A stretch of DNA of 64,000 nt from positions 1-64,000 of the forward strand of contig NMRA01000933.1 in NCBI GenBank assembly GCA_002633005.1. Direction: 5' to 3'. Shown piece by piece: positions 33,426-46,400 of the stretch (its first letter is position 1; each line of letters begins with the position of its first letter). Origin of the DNA: Phoronis australis. Its lineage: Eukaryota > Animalia > Phoronida. The notes below the pieces were generated by a model. It had not been told where the DNA came from. It searched no databases and saw nothing but the letters and a program-made list of their open reading frames with translations. The position numbers were made by a program, and so were the translations under genes.

Positions 33426-36400
33426 TTAACCGATCGTGAATTGCTGCCGAACGAACCCTCAATCTAAGTGACAGGCAATGCAATATTAGGTATGGCCAAC
33501 CTCTATGAACTAAAATTTTCTTCTTGAGTCGCTGATCGTTTCGATGTTCTTGTTGGTAAAGGAAATGAAATCCTGTCACTGCAAAGAATATTAAGAGACT
33601 TTATGTGTGTAAGTGGCACCTAAATACTGAGAACATGCAGTTTCAAGAACAAATCTCGAGTAAATTAAAATTAAAAAAAAGTTTGACTTCCAGGTCACGG
33701 ATTGGATTTCGAGCCAATAATCTTATTTCAGTAGTTTTAATGATTTTTGGGTATTGTGTTGTGAAGGAAGTTAGCCTTTGTTACAAAGGACGGTAAGACG
33801 CACCCCAAGAGCCATTTTCTTGCTGAGTATGTCGACAACAAGCCCCCACGAGCTTTACGTTTTTGATAGGAAGTATCAGAAGAAATAGGAACTCATCCCA
33901 TTTGGAGAGTAGATTCGCAAAAAGAGACCCGGGTGAAGTCAGTTTCAAATAAAAAAGTTAGTGTTTCGTAGAGTTTTGTTGCTGTGTGCCATGGCTGTGG
34001 GTGTTAACTTGACACACCCGACCCGTTTGTAAGGATTCTTAGTCAGCAGCCTTTTTAGCCCGTTAAGGGTAAATCAGTACAAAAAGAGATGCCCTATTGT
34101 CAAAATGAGTACATCTTTTGCAACCCAAGTTTTAATATGCTTTAATAACCTTTCTGAAGATTTTTGTAGTTGAAAAAAACCTATGTCCCCCATCTGAGCG
34201 GCACGTACAGCATAAAACTTTGTATGGAGTAATCTGCGTTCCAACGAGAGAGCTTCGTCCGGAAGAAAAACAACATTAGGTTTAATTAAATCCTGTTTCC
34301 ATAGTTCAGCAAACATTAGGTAAGAAATAATGTGCCCTGGGCGGTGATTGATCACCAGCGGCCTTATAGCCGTGTGTGGATTCCAATTTGATCTCAAAGA
34401 ATGCCTGCGGAAATAACCTTTGGAAAAAAGACAAAGGAACCTACAGCGCAATTTGCTGGCCACATCTCATTGTTGAAAGCGTGCATTTTGTTGATTATCG
34501 TATATGTTAGGTGTACTATAACGAACCAAGGTTCAACGAGGTGTATTTTCAACACTTTTACTTGTGTGAACCCATTAAATTTCTAAAATCACAGTATTAG
34601 TAACACACATTTCACGAAAATTGAGTTTTAATTTTATAAAATAGGTACAAGTTACTGCTAATTTCCGATAAAGAAGCCTCTTGTAAAATTCAAGGTAAAC
34701 TAATCCAGACCTGACGTCTGCCTTTTTACTACTGTTTCCGACTATTTGTCTCACACTTATTACTTTATAATATATTTTGTTAAGAAAATGTCCCCGCTCT
34801 TCTCACACTCCTTCTGTTGAACTAGCTTGAATACTTAAATTCACCACTTGCTCAGTATAAACATAAAATTATCGAAATATTTCAAATTAAAAGTAGCTAT
34901 AATTTGGTTTCAAAAAACTCATTTACTACTACTTGCCCCATTTTCTCTTTTCTTTGCTTTAATGGGACCAACAGTGTTCATCAAATATGCCTGTTAAAAT
35001 ATCCGAGGCAACGTATCTTTGTCGATAATGGCGATGTACATGAATTCTTAATTTCAACATTTTGCCATTTTCACCAAATTCATTGGAAAATTACACGAAA
35101 ATATTCAACTTTATACACGGGAACTTTCGACATTTGAAAAGAACACCTATGAAGGGAGAAAATAAATTTCCAGGCCAAAGTAGTCACAAAACCTATTTTG
35201 AAAGTTCCAGCCACTCGGGGCCTAATATAATTTAGAAATTGATAACCGGGGGATGCACGGGTTTCATTTTCAATGCACAGGGTGAAAAAAATGTAATGAC
35301 AAAGATTTTGGGGGAATTTGTTTTAAAATCAGTCTCTTTTTGTTCCCTAAAATCCGCCCAAGGTAGGTTTTTAGTGAAGGGCACTTCATTGGAAATCCCA
35401 GGTAAAATGTTTCAGTTCAAAATAACGTAACACTATAACTCATATTGAGCACAGGAACTTACCGACCCAAGATTGCTCAATACCTGCGGGGCTCAAATTG
35501 GAATTTTGCATTGCTTTCATGGACTTCCACGCTTTAAATAAAATTTTTGCGTTACAAATGCATCAACAAGATTAAATGACACTTAAACTCACTTCTTACA
35601 AAGTCAACTTAACCTGGTTTTACATAATTCTGTCCACAAAACACGTCTCACCAACTGCCTTGTAAAGCATGACTTATTAAATCAATGACATGTACAACAC
35701 CAACAAATGTATGGTTTGATGCTCACTGTTGATGCATTTGCTATGAGGATCTAATATTCAAGTTGTGTAAGTATTTCTTCTATCAACTGCCTGCGTGTTA
35801 TTTATTTTTTTCACCAGCGGTTTTCAGTGGTTTGTCGCACCAAAACCTAATTTTTAAAGTTTGCATGGCAAAATTGATTTTTTACAAAAATGTGCTAAGT
35901 TCTATTTATGCGAAGTTTCACAAAATGCGTTCGAAACTGTTAACGGTACAATCCTTTCAATCTTGTAACGTTTTTAATACACCAGAGCAAATTTCCGTAG
36001 ACCCAAGGCACTTGAAGAGAAGTTGGTGAAATCACACGCCTCCCTTGTAATGCTTGGCTATTTCTTGCGAAGACTTGCTTGGTCTTCAGTTTTTGTTAGC
36101 TTCTTGCGTGTACGGAACGCAGCTTGGACATACCGTCAGTTAGGCATGCTACTTCAGTAATATTACTATTGTCTTGGACCATTCCGACCCACCAAAGCAG
36201 CGCTCAACTGAATCTAGCTTTTTAAAAAAATAGAAACCACAGTTTGTGAAAAATCAGATGTCATTTGTGCTTTGCGATATTTTTGGGGAAGCTTCTACCT
36301 TTTCACAAAATGTAGTCCAAAGATCCACAATATTCATACACCGCTTATCCCAGAGGGCATTTCCGGAGAAAGGCGTCTGGATGGAACAGACTGGCAGCCA

Positions 36401-38356
36401 TTTGCACGCCCAAGAAAATTAAGGCCTCGCGACTCTAACACTAATATGGACTGGGTGCCGTAGAATTAACAGTGTTGTAATTCAATATATAATCTGAATG
36501 CTGATTCTCACTAATGCCTGTGAAATTGATTTTGAACTACCCCTTATATAATGAGTGTCTCTTTTATACACGTGCAATTGGTTTCTGAATGTTTCAAGTG
36601 CTGTCGATTAGACGTATTAGTGGTAATAAATGCATTCAAATCTAACCAATACATCGGTTATTCTAATCGGACTAAAAGTTTTGATGTAACAGTTGCTAAG
36701 AGCTTTTAAATTTTCTTAGTCAAGAAATTTCCTGTAACCTTATTACTTCGACGAATGACATCTTTACTTTGATAGTCAGTCATGTCATATATTCAAAATA
36801 TTATCAATAGTCGTAGGCAGATATCTGACTAGCTATTGAATGACACCAGCATTATACTCTTTTCTACGTTATATTGATTTTTATATCATTTAGACTGTGT
36901 ATCGTTATTCTTTCAGGATAAAGAGCTTTTGAGAACCAGATTGGTGAGGACATTAAATTCTGTTCAATGTACCAGATCGTTCTACTGCACGTGTACTGCC
37001 GAGGATATAGCTTGTCTTGCCAAAGGCAGGTGTGACCTCTAAGCAGAGGGCCTAACTAAGAATTTGATTGTCTACAAATGCTCCGTGTGGTACAATAGAT
37101 CGGAATAGGTCACGTTGCTTTTGCCCAACATTAGCTAGATATGTGCTTTATTTGGCAACGGTGAAAACAATGCGTTTACAATAATCGTCAAAGATACCTC
37201 CAAAAACTCTAAGTGCACGCTTGTGCATTGACGTTCATGATGGCTAGGCCCTGCAATAGACGCGGACTATTAACATAGTTTATACTCGAACGCAAATACG
37301 AAGACGTGCATTGAAACCACGGGGTCGGTGTGTAAATTTCGTAGCGTGACAGTAGGTGAGGTTGGGGTTTTGTTTTGTCATCATATTGCACAGAGTTGTG
37401 CAAATCACCGAAATCAGGATATTTACAAAATATATGTATTTTCTCGTGATTTTTATGACAAATCCAAGGTCTTTGACATAACATTATTCGTTATTAACGT
37501 CACATGATATTCTCATTTACACTAATTCTAGGCTCGTTTTGGTGTTAGTTTTGCTGTTGTCCTGGATAAGGGTGTGATCAACATCGTTAAATTGAAATAC
37601 GGCGCTCAATAATGTCTCCATTCGGCACAATTTGGATGCGACAAGTCTAGTGCGATAGTCTGATACCCTGCTTGGACATTTTTAAGCTGTGAAATTTAAA
37701 AAATGAAGTTCTCAAGTGTTGACATAATAGTCGTTTTAAACCTATCAGCGTTACCACGGTAACTGCAGTCATTTTGTCAAGTGAAAAAGGATCTGTTTTA
37801 TTTACACAGAACACCTCGGAAAACATTGGAAGAAAAATGACAACGAATAATTCCAAAAACTGCAGTTAAACGATAGCAAAAATATATCACAAATCCTAGT
37901 AAACAGTCTACATCAAAAATCACAAATTTGAAATACACATTTGAATAGCTTCCTCACACAACTGTTTCCATCCCAGTCCAACCTGTGTCTAGCTAATTCA
38001 ACAATGATTGGGGAGGGAGGAGGGTGTCTCTCCTACCAAAGGTTACGCCCCTGCATCAATCTTTTGTTGATGGAGCAATACATCAACCACCAAGATGTAA
38101 ATGTCGATAATTCCGCAATGAATTCGGCTTTTATTATCACTACTAGTCGAAAACAAGTGGAAGAGTTCGCAAAGACGACAAAGCACTATAGATGTGAATG
38201 CACGACACTCACAGTTTGATCTGGAAATTCGTAACTTTTATCTGACAAAGAGAGCGGTTTACTAGTTGGCGGTTAATGAACACGCCCGTTGATGAACGCC
38301 GTGAAAGCCAACAATTTCTACCTTTTCCATAAGTGCATGACTGATATCGCGGAGAG

Positions 38357-41300
38357 AATTACTTACACGAAGATAGAAGGTTGTGCTCTTTGGCCAACTA
38401 CAATCATCAGCTGAGCGCCGTGCTTCCTGTAGATTTCGGCCCTTTAAATTCCGAATCTCTCCCCACGGTGGGCCCGCAACAGCTGGTCGACGTAGTTGCG
38501 TTGTCAATCCCTTGCTTCATGTTTAGAACTACCGGACAGGTACTTCCGCATAATCCACGTGCTGCCCTCCACAGCCTTCTTTCCACACACTTTGACCACT
38601 TTTCTGGAATGGTTCACACCAGCCACCTTCAAGAACCTCCGTAAAGACGATGACGGAAAACCGCGACATCCCACCTGTAACCTTTTCCTCTGGATTTGTG
38701 TTCCTAATCCCTCTGGAAATGTCTTGTCTATTCGAATTGTCCAGTGCCTCTTGGCAGTAGCTGGTCTCTCGAAATTTATCTTTTGACGTTATTTTGATGG
38801 AACTGCTGCACACACAACTGCTTCACGTATAACATCTAGTACTAGATTGTGTCTGAAAGTATACCATTTGCACGTGAGTCCTTTACTACAGCCAGATAAC
38901 ATATGTCACAGACTATCACTTCTATGGCAAAGACGGCAAGAAGAATCTGTCCGCAAACCCCATCTCACCAAATTGGCAGGTGATGGCAAGACATCATATG
39001 GATGAGGAACTTCAAATGACCTGCACTCATACTCCATCAGTCGTTTCAACTGATGACCTGCTGTTCCACACCATCCTTCAGCCACCGTCCCTGTTAAGCC
39101 TGTTCCACAGCTCACACTAACCGGCGTTCTTTCTTCATTTGCCGGACTTCTTGCTAACGTAGTTTGCTTTTTTCTGACTCCCTTGCCTCAGAGCAAACAT
39201 ATTCCTTTTGGATCACTCCAATAATCTTTTACCATCTCTCACCACTCCAAGTTCTTTTTCACGAGCCATCTCACTTGCAGTCTTCAGTGTTTCACTCACT
39301 TTCCGCTTCCCTCCAGTATTTAACTTAGGTGGTCTGTATTTTATGGTGCTGTCATTCGATTCACACAGCATACTGTACCCGGACCTTTGCAATCTTCTGC
39401 TCCTCTACCCTCTACAACAGATGTAATTAGTAGACGCAACTCACTTTGCTTGATGTACAGTGCTACTGATGAGAGAATCCTACATAAACCAAGCCAACTC
39501 TCACCAGTTTGCTGATCGTAAGCTCAGTTGCCTCAACTCTAGACAGCGTTATCTTATAGATGTTCATTGGCCATTTAAGCATCGATAGCAAACCAGTGTG
39601 TCTACACCACACCTTCAACTTTCCTGGCAAACTAGATATGTGAATATTTAACAAACCACTTTCTGTCTGTTGCTGTAATTCCATTCCCCGATGACGATCT
39701 GTAAGTGGGAAACTACCTTACCTTCCTAAACTCTATGCTCCCTGTTCACACGCAGTTGGAATTATTATTCCTGCAATGTCAAAGCCAACGTTCACAACAA
39801 CACTCTTCCTGAGTTAAAAAACCCTGCTCTTCTTGCTTTTGAAAGTCATTCTCTTCCAACGAGTGAGCTCAGTAAGTCATTGGAGAACTCTTCTTGCAAC
39901 AGGCGCATTTCCTGTAAGATTGTTAAGTTATCCATAAAAGCCCAGAGTTTCACTCCCACCTGGAAATTCCTCTGCTCTTCATCGGTACCTCTAACAATCC
40001 TCCCCATTAGCATTACAAATAGCATAGGTGAAATGACACATCCCATTGCAATACCTTTTCGCCAGGCTCACATACTTTAATACTTTGCTGTTGTGAAATG
40101 CAGCTTGAACTGGTCAAAATACATTATCAAGCAACTTTGTAACCTCTGTGGACTATGAAAAAACTCCATTGCCAATCTTAGCATGCTGTGTGGAACAGGT
40201 CCATAAGGATTTGCAAGATCTTACCAGATCACATGCAGGTCATTCGTATCTCTCTTGGCTTACCTGTTCTTTGACCAGATCATAGCAACATGTCCCAGAC
40301 ACCCAGGAAACCCTGGCATGATGGCCTTCTCAATGCTGGTGTCAATGAATCCATCAGTTGAGAGGAACCTTATTAAGCTCTTTGCCAAGACTGTGAAGAA
40401 GAGATTGGTCTGAACTGACCTAACTCAACAGAGTTTCCTCCTTTCGGTATGTAAATACCTCCGCTTTACACCAAGACTCTGGTATATCCACCTTCTCCCA
40501 CACCTTTACCAAGGCTCCCCACAGACAAGAGACCAACTTTGGACAGTTCTTATACACTGCATAGGTTACGCCACTGGGTCCTCCTACCGAGTTACTTCTA
40601 GCCTCTCTGATGACCTCCTTCGTCTTCTTTATCTCATCAAATATAAATGTCGGAGCAGAAGGTTTATTCAGCTCAGCCACTGGTTCTACGACAAAATTCC
40701 TCATCTCATTAGAGTAAACCGATTCCAGGTGTTCTTCCAATCTCTCATGAGACACAGTGAGTGTACCACTAGTCTTCTCTTTGAACTGCTGCTTCATGAA
40801 ACGGAAAGGATTCTCTGTAAAATCCTTTCTTGCTTTTGCAGACTGGAGCCGCTTTTCAACAAGACGTTGTGCTCTACCCAGCTTCGCAGTCTGTTTCCTC
40901 ACATCCTTCAGCAGTACTCTAATTTCTTCAACTCTATGAACATCCTGCTGCACGGCTGCACGCATTCTCCTCGCCTCCTTCCTTAGTGACAGAATTGTCT
41001 TCCTTCCCCTGCTTTGTATTGAAATAACCTGTTTCCTTTGCTTTTGGTCTTTCTCGCCAAACTTCAAGTCTCCATAATCTCTTATCATACTTGCCAGCAC
41101 TTTTCTTGCTGCACTGCCTTTAACTGCGCTGAAAGCGATACTTAAATCCGTATATATTTCCAGCCATGCCTGCTTATCAGATGATTTTGGCTACTTGGTA
41201 GCTCTTCTACCTTTACGGACCTCAGGTTCAGGATGCTGTTTGACGCTGTTTTTTCTCATGGTCGACACATTCTGACGACTTTCCAGATAAAACCGACATA

Positions 41301-41735
41301 CACTTATTATTGCCTGATGTATCTTTCTTCCTTTCACCTCCTCCCGTAACCTTTACACCTCGTCTGTTCTACGTAGTCCTTAGTCCCTTCTGAAGATAAT
41401 GTATCAACTATGTTAGCAAGCCATTGATTTTAGCATCCAATCTATAACAGGCGACTCAACCTGAAACATAGATGGGCCGGAGGATTACTTATTGAACTGT
41501 AGCTGCTAGACTTGAAGCGGGCGCTATCCTAAAAGGGCTACTAAAAACCATCCCACCGACCTCACACATGCCACAAGCCATCTCTTCACGGCCATCAGAA
41601 ACTGTTTTGTCACTCGATCATGTGTGGGCGATGCTTTTCTTAAAATATTCAGGGCAGGCAGCTCACGCCCCGCGGCCCTATCACTGCCGTCACCGCACTG
41701 TTACGGTTGTCTTTGGTAAAGCCCAAATGCAGTAA
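38357..41735 (-). mobile_element. Near full-length degenerate RLE-type non-LTR retrotransposon (HERO/NeSL-like)
   Basis: Fragmented frames give: FTENPFRFMKQ; GGPSGVTYAVYKNCPKL; FPGCLGH; DLHVIW*DLANPYGPVPH; GIAMGCVISPMLF; AFMDNLT (RT); LPGKLKVWC; YDVLPSPANLVRWG..CRLC..HMLSGC (CCHC); YTFRHNLVL; VGCRGFP..AVEGSTWIM (RLE C-terminus, stop 38506-38504). Many stops and frameshifts. Confidence 0.9.
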
Positions 41736-42163
41736 AATTACTTACACAAAGATAGATGGTTTTGCTCCATGGCCAAGTGCAATGATTAGCTGAGAGCCAT
41801 GCTACCTGAAGATTTGGGCCCTCTATGCTCATGACCTCTCCACACCGTGGGCCTGCAACAGCTGGTCGATGAATATGCGTTGTGGTCGGCTATCAAGTCC
41901 TGGCTTGCGTTCAGTAGACGCTAGGACCTACGCTAGGACCTACGCTAGGACCTAGCTTAAACCTAGTCAAAGTCACGTATTCTCATTTAAAATGCACGGT
42001 AATATCTCACGTAATCTCGCGAAGTCTTGCTTTTTAGCGAGGTCCTAGCGTTACTGAACGGGAGGCTGGTTTCACGTTAAGACCTATCGGACATGTACTT
42101 CCGCACATCCACGTGCTGCCCTCTACAGCCTTCTGTCCATACAACCTGACCACCTTCCTGGAA
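41736..42163 (-). mobile_element. Second, 5'-truncated copy of the same retrotransposon's 3' end (interrupted by a MITE)
   Basis: Colinear with 38357-~38610 (aattacttacac..gatag, gcaacagctggtcga, gtacttccgca..atccacgtgctgccctc). Confidence 0.9.
41903..42065. mobile_element. Harbinger-like MITE, CTG TSD, copy 1
   Basis: TIR gcttgcgttcagtagacgctaggacct / aggtcctagcgttactgaacgggagg; CTG on both flanks; absent from the paralogous site near 38510; 3x cgctaggaccta. Confidence 0.88.
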
Positions 42164-42189
42164 CAAACCTATTCTTTGCCTTCAGAGGC

Positions 42190-43450
42190 CAAAATTATGA
42201 AGGTGAGGTCATTGGTAGGACACCATTATTCTTATAATGATTTTTTATAACTTTTTGATAGCAAAAACAAAAATATCAAATTCTGCATCGGTTTAATTGG
42301 ATGGTTTTCATATATATGAAGTGGTTGAATTCATTCCTCACCAACATCGAGCAGTCTCATCCAGAGACAACTGATATGCTCACCAGTGGGGTGATCTCAG
42401 TATCAATTAGGTCTACGATTCCTGGACCTCTTTGCGTCGTCGAAGAAATGATGGGAAAGACCTCTATGGAGTTACAATGGCTTTACAGGGCTGTTTAACG
42501 AGACGGTTGGAGTCTGACAACATATTCGAAGTTCTTTCAAAAACTTGTGGAGATCTGCGGTATGCTAACTATCCTGATTGTCCTCATAATAGTACTCTCG
42601 TGCAGTAAACTTTCATTACTGTTTAACCATTCAACAACTGCGACAGAGTTCCCGACAAGAACCGTTTCTTTGGTCTTTCTGCGGGTGCAGCATCATTCCG
42701 CTATATACAGAGGGATATAATAGGACCAGGCATGGTTGGTAAGGTAGCCAAAAAGAAATTATAAAGGGGCTGCTCGTGACGAAAAAGCTTGTTTCTATAA
42801 TACAGTGAACAAATTAAAGCTTCATACCATGGAGACATATACCAGAAAGATTTTCTTGACATCTATACAAGAAAATGTAAACATTTCGGTAGACTAATTT
42901 GAGACCATGAAAATTGTTTCCTTTTTCATATTGGATATAATGATGATGTGTAAGCCTGTCTCCCGTTCAGCAACGCTAGGACCTCGTTAGAAAGCAAGAC
43001 TTCGCGAGATTACGTGAGATATTGCCGTGCATTTCAAATGAAAACACGTGACATTGACTAGGTTTTAGCTAGGTCCTAGCGTAGGTCCTAGCCTCTACTG
43101 AACGCACGCCTGGTATGTTACACAGCTTTCCGGGTTGTTCAAAATCAAGAAGAAGGAGACCTTGCCTTCCAGCTCCTTGTAAAAGCTGTTGATGGATAGT
43201 CTACTGTGAGCTAACGAAATGTCCACTTACCTCTATGCCTAGCTGATGGATTTTTTGCCAAAACAAACAAAAAAGCCTTCTCCATTACACTGTAAACAAC
43301 TCTCCAAAGGTTTTACAATACTACCCAGACTCGTCTTTTATTCAAGCTGCAAAAGCCTTTTACCACACACTAAAGGAGTTGGCTGCAATACTTGACTGCA
43401 TGTTTTCTAAAAGCAGTGAGTGCATTAACTCTACTATCTCTTATTTAAAA
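42190..43450 (+). pseudogene. Highly degraded DNA-transposase-like relic (family uncertain)
   Basis: FLTNIEQSHPETTDMLTSGVISVSIRSTIPG and LPLCLADGFFAKTNK resemble blocks I associate with large invertebrate cut-and-paste transposases; no long ORF. Confidence 0.4.
42959..43109. mobile_element. Harbinger-like MITE, CTG TSD, copy 2 (inverted relative to copy 1)
   Basis: Near reverse complement of 41903-42065; CTG at 42956-42958 and 43110-43112. Confidence 0.88.
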
Positions 43451-46400
43451 TCTAAGTAATATTTGCTCACAGAGGTCCCCCATTTTGAGAACCAGTTTTC
43501 TCCACTACAAGTAAATTAATAGACCTAAGCGTAGCAACGTTCCTGCAAAACTATGGGGACAAAGAGCAGCTTAGTGATAAACGCTTAGAGCACAAAATAG
43601 TTGCATCAAGGCTACAGAGATGTTCTCGTACAGTTCTCTTCGTCCACGGGAGTGCCTATGAGCTATCCGCTAGATATGGTGATATGAGAAAGAAAGAGAA
43701 ATTTTCATGACTGGGTGGCCAGCAAAGGCACGGGCCACTAATAGCCGACCACCGAGTAACAATAAATTTAATATATATATTAATAATTAAGAAGAACATT
43801 TTAAATAACAACATGAATAAGTACGTCTAAAATGAGATAAGTTACAGTGCAAGTTTATTTAAAATGTAAAGTAAGGTATTTTACTAGGAATAAAACACGG
43901 AGACTATTGATACAACGGAGACCGCACGGTTAGAAAAGTATTTGACTAAGATGTTAGGCAGGTGATCACGGTTACTTCAATTAGAACATGCATCACCATG
44001 TAGAACGCTACACTGAGAGCTGATGCGAAACAGAATGTCTACAATCAAACCAAAAAGAAACGGATACACGAAACGTACTAAACCTGAATTACGCCGAGGT
44101 GTGACGACAGCAGCGCTGTAGTTCGAAACCCTGGCACTGATACATGGCTGCACCGTATCAGGTCATTCAAAATTAACATCTATTCAGATCAGATGGGGAA
44201 AGATAATTTTTAAAAGTCTGCCTTTCAACCAATTTTGAACAAGACTTTTGGTTAACTTGATTAAATTAACATTTGAGTTACAGGCACAGACGGGTTATTG
44301 ACGTAACTATGGCGACAAAGCTAACGTCAAGATGAGGCTAAAATACTGCTTATATTTGAAAAAACTAAAGGCCCTCATTCTATAACAAAAATAGAATTAT
44401 ATCAAAGATCATGTTTTGTTAAAGAAATGTCACGAGAAAATACAACTAGAAGTGTTAAAAATAGTTAATTTAGGCACTGCTTTACAAAATCGAAACCGTT
44501 AAATGTTGCCGAATGTTAAAAAAGGTAGTTTAGACATGACTACTATAATCGAATTGTGTGAAAACGACACTTCGCTTTTGTTTATAGGCAACAGCGGTGT
44601 TGTTCAAACCTCTGTGGAAAATGAGTTCAAAAGGAACGCCTCATTCCACATATAGTGACGCTGGGAACTTCTGAAAACGAATGGTTGAGAATATGGGGAT
44701 TTTTAAAATTTATTTCCTCACTGAAAGGTTTCACACAAGTGTGACTTCAGAGCCTACACTATTTGTGTTATCTCTAATTCAACCCAAACGTGCATTTAAC
44801 ACTCTCTCTGGGATCATAAGACCTCTTCTTCTCTCGCCTAATTGCGTTTTATTACAGCAGGAATGAAACTAATTACATGTAGTAAATGTAGACCAAGGCT
44901 CAAAATTTTGCACGATGATGTTAAAAATTAAACGTTCAATCATGGGTCAGTTTTTAGTTTACAAGTGGTGATAGAAAAATAAACTTCAATTAACGTATTA
45001 ATTTTCTTTTAGCTGTGAATTTCTGTCTGTTAGTCCCAAGGCACCTGTATCAGGTTACCCAAACAACAAAGCCCACGCAACTAAGAATATTTATTTCTCA
45101 CTTATAAACACGGGTTATAGACACGTATGCTCGTGCCTGGACTTACAAAACGCAACATACGAACCCAAAAGGCACGTCTCACAAATTTGGCAGACTTCTG
45201 AACATCATATTTCAGAAACGATTTTTTCTTCTGTTTCTCTTGAGGATGTGTTGAAATAATTTTTCTCTCAGACTGTGAAAAGAAATTGTGATACAAGACG
45301 GATGATGCCGTGCAAGCAATACACGAAGAGTTCGGCAACGTTATCGCAGGACTTAAACACTGGCTGGAGGGCGAATTTCGTAGGAAAACAAAATCTGACG
45401 TAAAATCGCTTCTGAATTACATTCAACTGTTTCAGTTTATGGTCTTCATTAAACCTTTTGATACCCCATTTTTCCATCTATGGAGAAAGTGTCAAAACGC
45501 CTACAAGATCCAAAAACAATGTTTCGCGAAGCTTCTTGAGATCCGAACAGCGTTTTTGAGACATAACGTAAAGTTTTCATTTAAAAAAGTTTTAAGTAAA
45601 ATCGACTGGGGATTATTTTGCTATGACTGTACCGTTCTTTCACAGGAAATTTTGACTTAAAAACGTGGTCATGTGACAGTAGTAAGAAGCACATTTTTAG
45701 ACTCCTCGATTTTTCTCCTTTATTGGTTGACAAAACATAGTTTCTTCGATATTTCACTTAGAGTTGAGGTCGTTTATAAAGATCCTAGATAACCTTGAAT
45801 ATATTTATTAGGAATTTACAAGTTACTATGCCAGCGAAGTAATAAAGTGTCTATGTTATGCTTTTAAGCATAAACTAAAACATTTTTCTTAGTATTAGGG
45901 CCCGAGCATTTAAGCCGAGAGCGGAGTATTCTATAAAATCCCCCGGGCATCACCACACTTCTGCACTCTAGTGCTTCCCATGCTATCGTTGCCGGGTGAC
46001 AAGTTGTTAACTCCGAAATTTTATTCTTCAAACACTATTCCGAGGGAAGCAATATCTTTTGGTTGGGGAATTCTGCTGTTATAACGGAACATTTGATCGC
46101 CACTGGGGGATAGGCTGGATTATGACTCCATTTCAATGTTTGCTGTCACCGACGGCAAAGTACACGAAGACTTTTTTAACACAGGTGCGACCACCGCCAA
46201 TCTGGTTAGAGTTCAGCAAAAAAATGAAAATCCCGCGTCATTTGTGCTCGTCATAAATTTGTTTTTTTTTAAAGTGAACAACTAAATAAAATACCACACT
46301 ACCGACTTAATTAAAAAAGACACACAAAAGAAAACGAATTATGCTTTTAGCCTAACATGCTAGTTTCTATTTTTTACCACATTCTTTAAGCGTCGCTGCA

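Noticed and set aside
36918-37029. Possible orphan exon (tttcag|DKELLRTRLV...LAKG|gtgtga)
   Set aside because: No recognisable domain, weak donor, and no partner exons
38400-38445. Canonical hammerhead ribozyme or SECIS (CUGAUGA and GAAA on the minus strand)
   Set aside because: Bases after CUGAUGA do not pair with those before GAAA (no stem II), and AUGA lies on the wrong side of the stem for a SECIS; kept only as an unclassified structure
41675-41740. Twister ribozyme on the + strand (UAUCACUGCC...GGUAAAGCCC)
   Set aside because: Lacks the UAA cleavage loop, the full L4 loop and the T1 partner, and is antisense to the element
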